36,942 nucleotides of DNA, taken from the NCBI GenBank assembly GCA_910592345.1, contig CAJVPI010000280.1, forward strand, positions 1-36,942, in the 5' to 3' direction. The notes beneath the pieces were generated by a model. That model did no database searches, had not been told where the DNA came from, and was given only the letters and a program-made list of their open reading frames with translations. This DNA comes from Paraglomus brasilianum. Taxonomy: Eukaryota. A program made the position numbers and the translations under genes. Shown piece by piece: positions 1 through 10,551 of the stretch. Position 1 is the stretch's first letter. Every line of letters begins with the position of its first letter.

Positions 1-199
1 GCGCCACGCTCCGTCGAGACTAGTTAAATCCCAAGTGTCGATTACTTTCTGCTCTCCCGCAGTAGTCGGCACGACAACCCCCTTAAATAGCCCTCCCTAA
101 ATTACAAATAGTTTGTCGTACGTCACATGTTACACAGTATCAACGATATGTACCTGCTTGATCTGTCCTGTTGATTAGGTGACGTATTCAGATGATCAA

Positions 200-780
200 T
201 CAACTCGTTATCTGTTCTTTTCGTTTGACAGAAATACCACGGCACTTGAATGACTTTCTGATTATAACTGTATCGACGTCTTCCCAAAATGCTCTGACCC
301 ACGTTACAACTGTCTCATAAGACGGTCGCTTGATTTTTCTTGTACGAGTATACTCTTTTACTTCGTTTGTCATCCAATCACAATATCTTTTCCTCATCTA
401 ATTGAGTAAAAACAAAGTTAATGGATCAACTCATTACGAAAGCCATTAACTGATATGAATCTTACCTTTGCCTTGAATGACCAATTTATAGCAACATCAA
501 GAGGTTGTCAACCCTCCAGGAATGCAAGTTTTTCTAAAGCATTCCAACTTTGGCGCTTTTTCTCAGTTATAGTAGCTCTTTTTACATACTTGCGCCATTG
601 TAAGTAGAGATAAATTCTGATGAGCTTTAATATGGTAAAATTGACCAATCACATCATTCTGTGAAGGAATTTCAAAGTAACCCCTGAAATAAGTACCCTT
701 CTCCGCACACAGTACCCCAATTCAAAAACTTGAGGTGTTCTAGATATGTACCCGGGGTGCTATATTCAGTGGTCTGCGTA
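200..780 (-). mobile_element. Decayed pogo-family (DDE_1) DNA transposon: transposase C-terminal part with an intron, plus a GGGTAC-repeat terminal region
   Basis: Minus strand 523-466 reads IPGGLT(deletion/frameshift)QPLDVAINWSFKAK. A GTAAG...TAG intron (465-398) joins it to MRKRYCDWMTNEVKEYTRTRKIKRPSYETVVTWVRAFWEDVDTVIIRKSFKCRGIS. QPLD...FK and W..V....I.KSF..CGIS are pogo DDE_1 hallmarks. GGGTAC-type repeats lie at 675-755. Confidence 0.85.
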
Positions 781-2270
781 AATTCGCTAACCGCATTCCA
801 GTATTCAGTATAACAGCAGTGGCGTGTAATATTGGCGAACTGTAATTGGACCGCGGTATATTAATATTGATTATGATTAATTTCATTCATAATTTATTTT
901 GTCCTACTAACAGAACACTTTGTGTCACAACCTTATTGTAATCTTTGACAGCTTAACGTATTGTATTGATCGACGGACGCTTCAATGATTATCACAGATC
1001 TACCATTGTGTCAATACGACGAAACCATATAATTAACGGTCTTGTAGAAGGACACTTCCTCTCTTCTGTTTTACTCATATACCACGCTTGACAAAGAATT
1101 TTGAGTGGTAAAAGAAATTATGTGTGCTCGGGAATAGTCACACTGCAGATTTGTATATATAAATAACGAAAATCACAACGTTATCTATTCAGCGAGATTC
1201 TACAATTGATCTATTTATAGACCTTTTAATAATACCACGTAACAACAAATTGCAGAGGCAATAGAAACAATACTCATTATAGGCATTGTTCAAGCGCTAT
1301 AAAAAAATTAACAGCATAAATTTCATTGGTAAACTAATCATAAACTCCTTGGACTTAAGTACCTATAGGAAGCTTGTGCATCGGCTTGTCGACTTTTTTT
1401 CGTTTGATATTTATTATTAGCAGATAATGTTATTGCTTGTATGATATATACTATTTGCCAGTCTAAATTGACTCAAGTGAGGAGTTGTCGGTTTGATGAA
1501 ATGACTATCTTTAACTATCTAACTTCCATTTTACTTTCTTCAACTTATGGGATTAATTATTTATAGCTACTATTCAATGTACTGGTGGATAACGTTGAAT
1601 GTCTGTATAAGGAAGCAATTGACAAAATCTTGTGATAAAATGCACGGCGGTTTACTTGTACGTTTTGTTTTGCTTATCGTGACACGTGGCTGTGTATATA
1701 GACATCCCCTGCACTAGTTATATTGGTGTGTCATAAACCGCACCACTGACATCGCAATACTTAGTTTTAGTACTTCAATTAAGAGCCTGTCATGAAAAAA
1801 TTATATTTAGGCTTTTAGTGGGGCCCTGAACATAACTAAGCATAAATTGTTACATGCACCTTAAATTATACAATTTTAAGGGGTAGTAAGTTAATTATAA
1901 GCTGGGCTTGGCTACCTGCGGTTTGTACAGTATAAAGTGAATACTCAAAATAAAATAAATTCTCAAGTCTAAGAACCAAAAATAAAAATATTGCAACGTC
2001 GAGCTCAAAATAGGACAACCAATAGACTCATAATCATAGTGAGCAACGGAAAACGTTAACAATAAACCCATTGTCTTCAAACAAAGTGAGAATAATTATA
2101 TCGTTATGATAATGCACTGCTGATATTATTAGAACAGCATAAATACTCATAATACAATTCTACACGATTAGAAATTGGTTAAAAACTATATAATCATTAT
2201 CACCATCCGATCAGTTCTCTGTCTGCCTGGCAGAAACATATGCAATAAGATAAACACATACAGTTGTTTC

Positions 2271-2279
2271 TATATATAA
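2271..2279 (+). promoter_or_regulatory. Putative TATA box of the Myb gene
   Basis: TATATATAA about 40-48 nt upstream of the ATG at 2319. AT-rich background weakens the signal. Confidence 0.4.
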
Positions 2280-2318
2280 TCTCTATTTACTACCGCACTT
2301 CTATTATCGTCAATTGCT

Positions 2319-2943
2319 ATGAGAAGAACCTTTTGTCATCAGGTAGTGATAATTTATTTAACATAATATACTTCTGTTTGATTATGCTACTAACTATTGC
2401 TTTTGATTGAATCGCCTCCAAGGAGGACAGGATGGTTCTCAACGGGCACCCGCCTAATTATGGTAAAGCCTCACGTTACTTAGGCAACCGAACTGCAAAG
2501 CAGTGTCGTGACAGGTATTTTACGTTAATTTATATTGTATTGGTTTAGTTTCGGATAACCAATTAAATTTTTTCGTCAACTGATTTGGTATAACAATAAC
2601 ACAACACTTAAAAATATAATAAGATATCGCACCGCTCTGCATCCAACAGGCAAATATAATTCTCTATCTTATAAATTTGCTGAATTTTTTTGATTATCCT
2701 TCTTGTTATTAATAACCGTACACACGTACTAAATTCTCCAAAATAGTGCAAACCATGCCTCTCAACAATAGGGAGGGTAACATGGTAGCTATGTTGCATC
2801 GTATCCATGGGTCAAGGTGGGCCCGAATTGCCGACAAACTTCCTAATCGTACTCCACAAATGGTGGCGGCCTGGTACTCGGAAAGATTGGAAGAAATCGC
2901 TCGCATTCGGTGGAAAATGTCAATACAAAGACTCACACATTAA
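2319..2943 (+). CDS. Small two-repeat Myb/SANT DNA-binding protein, 112 aa, 4 exons (2319-2342, 2423-2514, 2624-2649, 2747-2943)
   Basis: The spliced ORF is 339 nt and stop-free: MRRTFCHQ|EDRMVLNGHPPNYGKASRYLGNRTAKQCRDR|YRTALHPT|VQTMPLNNREGNMVAMLHRIHGSRWARIADKLPNRTPQMVAAWYSERLEEIARIRWKMSIQRLTH. RTAKQCRDRY and HGSRWARIA..LPNRT are canonical Myb repeat motifs. TACTAAC branch point at 2388-2394. Introns 1-2 are GT-AG and intron 3 is GC-AG. Confidence 0.9.
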
Positions 2944-3193
2944 AGTGTCTTTTAATCAAGCTCTTTACACAATTGCGTAAAATATTCATTTTTGTAACAG
3001 GGCTTGCCAATAAGTTTAAGACAATTATTATGCTTACAAATAAATAAATTGTCAGTTCCGTGATTTAAAGCCACATAAGCCATGCGGATTATTAGGGATA
3101 TGGACAGGCCTATCAGGTGTTGCTAATTATTAATGAGATAAGCTGTCATTTAGTCTGCGAGCATCAAGAACTTACTCGAAGTCATTAGAAATC

Positions 3194-3220
3194 AATAAAT
3201 AAATAAATAAATAAATAAAA
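3194..3220 (+). repeat. (AATA)n microsatellite
   Basis: About six tandem AATA units, read directly. Confidence 0.9.
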
Positions 3221-3600
3221 ATGGCACGTGTTTCTAGTTTTAAACTTGAAGTGGATAATGACAAGTATGCAAGTCGGTTTCTGATTAATTAATGATGATG
3301 CCTCATGAAATCGTGTAGTGATACAAAGTAATCAATGTAAATACTTGACATCTGACGGAGCTACCTGACCTAATAACGTCAAGTAATGCAGAATTATTTA
3401 TGGAATTAATTAACACATTAGTAATTAAAAAGTTGTGTAGATAGTTAGTTGTTAATTATTACAAATACGCCACTTCTACTTATACGCTGCAAGCGTTTTT
3501 AATGTTCTGATTATAATATCCTAGTTAAAGATGAACAACAGTGAATGATTAAATGGCAGTATTTCATTAGTTTCAATCGACATATCGTCTGTTTCTTTCA

Positions 3601-3900
3601 AGCCTTCTGCCAAGCATCGAGACGGTGTCGGCAGTTACCTTATTCCATGCTTCTGTAGTTCAACGGATTGCATAAAATACTACATATATTCAAGGTAAGA
3701 TCGTTGTGACCGTAGTTTGATATTTATCAAAGACATGAATTATATTTTTCTAGAGTAAATTTTCTGTAGTGACGCCTTAAAGTCAATAAATGAATGAACC
3801 AATTCGTATTGCACGCAACAGAAAGAACAAACACCGTAGATGGAAATTATTCCCTGATCAACCGACTGTAAGTGAGCAGTCGTGTTTGTGAAGAAAATAA
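3601..3900 (-). pseudogene. Tigger/CENP-B-like DDE_1 transposase relic
   Basis: Minus strand 3886-3845 reads NTTAHLQSVDQGII (consensus NTTSxLQPxDQGII). Positions 3656-3601 read TEAWNKVTADTVS(frameshift)AWQKA (consensus AWxxVxxxTIxNxWxK). Stops and frameshifts lie between. Confidence 0.75.
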
Positions 3901-4029
3901 TTGATATTACTTTCTCATATCTGGTTCTTTATAATGAATCCTGAAATAGAGAGATCGTTGAATTATTTGACTAGCTTATTATACCGAGACAATCACGTGA
4001 ATTTATATGATTGGTGCGTTTGAAATTAA

Positions 4030-4415
4030 CTCGCCGAATCATAGCCATCGCAAGGAACTTTTATTCACAACGAGGTGCTCGCTTAAGCTATTTACTTTAC
4101 ATGTAAAGGAAGAGAATAAAAGCCCATGTGTATGGCTGAAGGGGGTGTGTGTACCTGTTTATGGCTATTTTAATGAGGGACTGTAATTCATTAGGCGTGA
4201 CCCAGGGAGTCTAAGCTACAGAGGAATAAGAGACGTCCAAAGAGTAGGGTTGTGTCCGAAGGCCCTTGTTGTGAAGGCATTCCAAAGCGTGGAGATGGCT
4301 GCAGATTGTAGGGAACGTAGAAGCCGGTGTTGTGGTGGGGTAAGAGAGGGGGTATGTGCTGTGCCACTTGCATAGATCATATGGGATACATCCCATATTC
4401 TCGCCGAATCATAGC
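4030..4415 (-). mobile_element. 5'-truncated non-LTR (LINE-like) retroelement insertion (4046-4399) with 16-bp target-site duplication
   Basis: Perfect direct repeat CTCGCCGAATCATAGC at 4030-4045 and 4400-4415 flanks a GC-richer 354-bp insert. The minus strand has a frameshifted ORF end (GCIPYDLCKW...QHRLLRSLQSAAISTLWNAFTTR...*), then a 3' UTR-like stretch with AATAAA near 4060. No poly(A) tail. Confidence 0.6.
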
Positions 4416-5601
4416 AAACCAATCACTTGAACTTTAATCAATATTCTACCGCCACTGAAGAAGTCTGATCGGATTTGTTAATTCAACAAGAGCTACAGTG
4501 AAAGAAAAGATAAATACATTACCAATACGTCAGTTCTTGAATATGTCAAGTCCTTGCTTTGTATGGGTCAAGATCGTAACAGTGAGCTCAATAATAACTG
4601 ATTGAAAAAGATTATGAACAAGACAAAGTTAAAGGCAAAGTATCAAATAAAGATCTTGCTAAGCCAATAAATCGTCTCTCGGCTTATCAAGTTTGCCTTT
4701 AATACGGTAAAATCAGAAATAATAGGATTTTGAACGTATTCCATAGCCTTCGAACCAATATTGCACAGTGTTCCTTGCTGGACTTTTTACTGGCTCAACT
4801 GGTAATACAATCTGATTAATTGTTGCGCTTAGACTAATTTTTTTATCCGGAAGGGGTTTCAACTTTATTACCAAAACCTATATTAATGGCATTCAGTCGT
4901 ATTCCCTATCTAATCCCATTGTGATTCGAGTTGCATGTTTTTGTTAAGACAGAAAGAAGTAATTACATGAAGCTGATTATTTATATCTCACATGAGAAAC
5001 TCCGAAAGGAGGAATTCACCGATAGTGATAGATCACCGCGACCGCCCAATCCTTTTCCTCATAAAAAAACGCCTTATTTTTTATGGTGATTAATGTTTCT
5101 ATTGTATGATGTTATGTGATTGCGGTCCGCATTAGAAAATTGAATCTTGCTGATCATGTGATATAATAGCGCGACCAACGGATTATCAGATTATCGAGAA
5201 TTTCAATAGTCCCTGCCAATAGAGTCATACACTACCAGAATTTTAATCGTGAAAATTTTTGGTTGACTTAGCCAATTGACTCATCAGATACCCAATTGCC
5301 TGAATACTTAAATACTAGCACATGTTAAGCTTAAGCTTAATTTATTGTGATCCAGGCAGGTAGTTTCACCAATATGACTCTGACAGCAGGTACAACGTAT
5401 GTAAGAGAAAGCTTCTCAGTAACATAGATCTAAATGACAAATTCAAAACTTGCATATGCTCTCCCACGTAACTAACAGACGACCGTTGTATTTGTAAGTT
5501 GGCAGCGGTTTAATTTTGGACTGCATAACATTACTCTTGTTATTGTTAAAAATTCTTTAGATAGTTTATTAAGAATAACCATAAAGAAATTATATTTAAT
5601 A

Positions 5602-6050
5602 CGTGGGGGAAAAGGCTTGTTTCCAGGATTGAGAGTTGAACAATATATTGACCAATCAAAGATGATGGTAATTAATTGTTCTGAGAAACAAATAATTTAT
5701 TTGCCATACTCAAAAAATTGTTGTTTTGAAAAATTGCGACGGAATTAGCCGTGAACAGCAACATTTTTGTTTCATAAAGAATGGGCGGAAGCCAACTTAG
5801 ACTCATATTTCTTCTCATTTTTAGATCTTGCTTCATTGTGATTTTTTTCTGATTTTCGCGAATCAAGAAAGAGCTGAAGAAAAGGCAAGAACTGTTCAAG
5901 TTGACTGACAGTATCCCAAAAGCTAATTATAAGAAGCTCTTCCCAAGGTAGCAAAATTGTGTGCAATGCTTGGGGAGGCAGCCCTGCATGGATGTACTTC
6001 GACGAAATAAACAATCGAGTTCAAAAATTATCCTACTTTTCCACGCCTGT
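5602..6050 (+). mobile_element. Internally deleted mariner (DD34D) transposon relic
   Basis: Starts with TA-CGTGGGGG(...)AAAAG, a mariner-like terminus resembling 32490-32509. Positions 5824-5886 read DLAS/CDFFL/FSRIKKELKKR across frameshifts (mariner YSPDLAPCDFFLF..LK..L.G motif). This is followed by TDSIPKANYKKLFPR*QNC and YFDE near 5995-6006. Confidence 0.7.
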
Positions 6051-6942
6051 TATACTAGAAGCACAACTGTAAAACACATAATCACGATACTATAATTTTT
6101 AAAAAAATTGCCGTGAACACTTGCATTTTTTTCTTCTTGTATGGTCGAATAATGCGCATCTAACGTTTAGTATCTGCACTTGAGAATTATGTCCCAAACT
6201 GTAACGTGGCGTGGCGTGGTATTGTTTTGGATTGGGAACATTACTTATATAAATAAATTTATACACCAAATTATTAACGCGTTATACTCAATAATTAATT
6301 ATCTTAATTCGCTACTCAGATAATCGCAGGACAAGAAGCGATTATCCTTTTCCGATATAGGGATTAGTGATTCTATCTATATCGAATAATTCAGGGAAAT
6401 ACGTAAATAGTTTATGATCAGAGTAAAATGCGATACTCGTTTATTGATAAGATAATAAAGGAATCGGAATATAATATAATATTAAACTTTTGAGACACTT
6501 AAAAACACACCGAAACTGCTGACTCCTATATCTTTCGAACTACTAATTGTCCTATTTTTAGCAGCGTATTTCTAAGCTACAATTATTAGCTTGTTGCATT
6601 TGCCACTAAGCAATCGCCTTTGTGATTAGTACGTTGCAATTGAAACAGCGTTACGCGTTGCAAATTCAACGCAGTTGTTTATTGCAATCTCCACATTTCG
6701 TACTAGGATCAGGCTGTGCCACACATGCCGATCGAATAGGTCAACAAGGGCTTTTATGCAAATGAATATATGGTAAGCAAATAGACAGGTGTGACTAGCA
6801 CTTTTGGCGTTTAGGATTGTACCGACTAGCGACATAAACGTCGTCGTCAAACAGATCCAGGCAACATATCTGTAATTTTGCTCACGAGTGCTTTTTGTTT
6901 CAATTAGAAAGTCAATGCCAGTATTGTACTGCATAAAGCTTT

Positions 6943-7651
6943 TTAATCAGCCGAAACTAACTCGCTCCGACGCGGTTCGTTATCAGAATGGATCGGTATA
7001 GCAAGAAACTTTGAGCGTCATGATGTCGGTAGCCTTGCCAAAGCGTCTTGGACGCAGTACGAGAGGAACAATGTCGGTAGGTTGGTCGAGAAACTCGGCA
7101 ATCAAGAGCGTCTTGTCAATAAACGCATGGTTATCATCCACGATTTGTTCAAAGATACTGTGCCCGATAAAAAGACCCTTGCCCATATGAAGCATTACGC
7201 CGTCTGGTATTGGAAAAATAAATTTAACATTTGTCTCTGAATATAAAACAGGGAATGCACGCATACCTCTATGCGGCGCCGTTTGCTGTCTTTTTCGAGC
7301 TGGCAACGCTTCTGGAAACGGAAATATTTTGAAAGTCAGTGATAATGTGTTCTATCAAAAATCTAGATACCAGCTGAAAATTCTTACCTTCACCTTCTAG
7401 TTTTCTTTTTACTAACATAGTAAGAGAGAGCATTAGTATAAATAGAAAGAATTGCTACATTACTATGCTATTCTATCCTATGTACACACTACTCACGCCC
7501 CGAGTCACAAAGTCGTTACCTGTTTGAGATCTACTTGTCATCTCACGGAACAACCTTCTCACTTCCTCACTCCACTTCGTAAGCTCCGCCTCCAGCTGCT
7601 TCTCCTTCTCTTTTAGCCTCGTCTTTTCCCGCTCCTCCATTTCTGCAAGTG
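6943..7651 (-). pseudogene. Spliced, frameshifted AAA-ATPase-like (PF09820-type) gene with N-terminal coiled coil and basic linker
   Basis: Exons 7651-7520, 7411-7388, 7311-7267 and 7203-6943 are joined by GT-AG introns. They give MEEREKTRLKEKEKQLEAELTKWSEEVRRLFREMTSRSQT|VKRKLEGE|EALPARKRQQTAPHR|DGVMLHMGKGLFIGHSIFEQIVDDNHAFIDKTLLIAEFLDQPTDIVPLVLRPRRFGKATDIMTLK. IG...F..I....FIDKT and RPRRFGK are diagnostic. After a frameshift at 7009 it continues FLAIPIHSDNEPRRSELV and stops. Confidence 0.85.
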
Positions 7652-7839
7652 CTGTAAACGAGTCGTGTGAAAGAGTTAAATAATATACGAACACTCTCTT
7701 TCTCGACACTTAATGAATCAAAAAAATTGTTGAAAAAATCTGTATCAAGTGTCTACCAAAATATTTGCATAAATAATTTTGTTTTGTTTTGTTTTTTTTT
7801 TTTTGCAAAAAACAAAAGGTGCTTGAAAGGGTGATTATA

Positions 7840-7920
7840 TTGTACCTCAGTTCGGGATCATCTCAGTCCAGAACCCAGTCATCTGTCCAGAACTGAGACA
7901 GGTTCTAAACTGAGGTACAA
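7840..7920. mobile_element. ~80-bp palindromic MITE-like element, copy 1
   Basis: 13-bp perfect terminal inverted repeat TTGTACCTCAGTT (7840-7852) / AACTGAGGTACAA (7908-7920) and an internal TCTCAGT/ACTGAGA inverted pair. A second copy is at 31431-31505. Confidence 0.75.
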
Positions 7921-10092
7921 CATTTATAAGAAGAGATAAAATGTTCATAATGGCCATCTGTTGTATATCTATTACTAAATAAAGAATTTAAATTTAAAAT
8001 GACAAAACCAAATCTGCAATATTTAAAAATGATGGTCCAGCTAATGTTTGTCGCTAGATTAATAATGTGTAAATGTTTGAAGTAAAGAATTGGGTTTACT
8101 AATAAAGATGGAGATTGTTGCTAAAATAAGAGAATATTTTAAGTTAGTAGACTTGAACTATAAAGGTGCAAAAAATTTGTCAAGCTTAATATTAACAGTT
8201 TAGAAGTGCGTTTTGAGATGCACCGCTGCTTTTGTACAAACTTTTACTAGCCAATAATATACTTAAATTACTATACTCTTTTTGTATTGATTAAGGTTAC
8301 TCATATGTAAACCTTCTCAACTTTTTACAAACGAAGGCCTTTATCAACAAAATTGTTCACATTACTAAAAATTGATGGTTTAATGTTTATGCTTCCTAAT
8401 TTTGCAAAGACAATTTTTGATATTATAATATAGCTATGGAACAGACAGTTGTCAAGCTTGCATTAGAATTAAAGACAATCACGCAGTGGCATTTACTACC
8501 AAATCACGAAATAAACAAAAAGTAAGAGTCTACCAATACGCAGGAGTAAGAATAAAATATTTATTGTTGCTGAGAACATAATGAGTAGACAAAATGTATA
8601 ATTAAAATAAAAACCAAGATTTGCATCAATGCGGTATCAACATTCTTAAAATAACTTGGTCATTGGCTGGCTATGCAGTATTTCAAGAAAATTGGTAACT
8701 TAAAATTTATAACTATACTGTCTATCGATTGCTTAAGCGTCAATTCGATAGTTTTACACATATAACTACGTCTTGCTACACGAATATGCAAACATCACAT
8801 ATACAATTATCAATCCCATCCGCATCCAAAAAAAAAAAAAGGCAAAGAATAATAATAGTCGTTATATCAAAGCAGATCAGGCTTCTGCTCATTAAGTTAA
8901 TCCGTTGTGTTACTTATGGTTCAAACCTAATTTATTTATGGATAGTTTGCAGATCGTTTTAGTATAATAAAAAAAACCCATTGTTACTATCGGAATAACA
9001 ATTTTTCGTAACTTATTTTATCACGGAAAAAGTGTTTCTTTAATATGATTCATCCAATATGTAGTAGGCTGGCGTCATGATAATTGCAAGCAGTATTAAA
9101 TATAAAATAGTTCGTATTGTCATAAGACAATAATTAGCGCTTGTTAATATTGTTATCAAACCAAATTTGCTCGCAAGAGTTGTTATATTGTCTGCAACTG
9201 AACAGTTTGAGATGCGCCAGCTATTTATAAATAATAACAATATAAGAATTTAATGCTAGTTTACAGTAGCAGCGCTCGTTAACATAGACATTTAGCATTT
9301 AATTCACGTATAGTCTTAATTATATTGACTCTACAGTCTGTTTGCGCTCGGCGACATCGACTTGAATACAAAAGATGTCTTTTTTCTGCCATAAACATAA
9401 CACAGCGATAACGGTTCTAGTTCATCTGGAAACAGTCCTGCCATATAGAGCAATGTATTATAAACATAGGAGTTGTTGGCAGCCGAATTGTTTTTTACAA
9501 TCTAGTATAACATATCACATTCTACGGTTCTCTCAACCCTGTTAAGTGGGTGCTAAACACGTACGCCATTGAAGAGTCAGATGCAACGTGATGTTACTTT
9601 ACTTTTATTGATGTCAATTTCAATAAGCTAGATCTCCATTAACTCATAAATGTGGCCATAAATACTTATTAAGTTTAATCCGACGATACAGTTACTTTCA
9701 CAAATATATTTTATAATATCGGGTACTGTCAATTTTGTAACTCTATTTACGCATATGCTTCTTTCCTTTACATCAACCTCCTTGCTTCAACTCAAATATG
9801 GAAATACAATGAGATAAAATTGTATTCATGTTTGCCGTCAATCAAGAAAACAAAGCAAAAGTGAGATAAGCAGATTACTCAATGTCCAGAACACCAATCA
9901 TACTGAACGGTCTGATGAGCCCCTATAAGCTAATGAAAATGTCAATGAATGAATGAGTTGCTTTATTACATCTTAACGATGCGGAATTTCGCTTTTACTT
10001 ACCATTAAAAATATCTTACAAAGAAATTCCTTATTGTGTTCTTATATTACAAGTCGTCTCACATACTGTCTTTCCATCCTAGTAGTTTTGTA

Positions 10093-10551
10093 TTATTTAT
10101 CCACTGCATCAAGAGGATTCTCACAATTGCTCGTCATTTTTACCAAGTTTTTTAATTCATCAATATGATTGCTCAGAAAGACTGACGCACTGTCAGTTTT
10201 CCTATATTTAACAAGTAAATTCGAGAATGATGAGCTATAGGTTGCTTCACTCTACATAAGAAAGATATTCGTTACCGACGTGTACGTGCGTCTTAGACGT
10301 TAAAGAATCAGAGTGTAGGCATTGGATTGTTGGCTTACCTCTGTGAGATTAGCAATTTGTTGCATTGTCTTGGTCAAAACATCGACCAACGCTTCGATTT
10401 TCCCAATTCTCAACGACAACATCTTCATTGACCGCCTTGTCGTTCGACATTTAGAGCATATTCTGCGTTGTCTGTAATCTTTTGATCGCATGTCTGTGTA
10501 CAGTTGTGACGACAACGTAGTGGACGTTGATCGCACATGAGGTTTCGTCAT
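10093..10551 (-). CDS. Hypothetical 123-aa protein with CxxC + coiled-coil motif; 2 exons (10551-10339, 10251-10093)
   Basis: GAG|GTAAGC donor and ATGTAG| acceptor define an 87-nt phase-0 intron. The product is open: MTKPHVRS...RRICSKCRTTRRSMKMLSLRIGKIEALVDVLTKTMQQIANLTE|SEATYSSSFSNLLVKYRKTDSASVFLSNHIDELKNLVKMTSNCENPLDAVDK*. Confidence 0.75.

Noticed and set aside
1..24. GC-rich stretch ending in CTAGT, like a Helitron 3' end
   Set aside because: The other hairpin arm would lie outside the window, so it is untestable here.
6626..6934. 102-aa ORF directly downstream of the ATPase pseudogene
   Set aside because: No AAA or nuclease motifs recognised; cannot be linked to the upstream gene.
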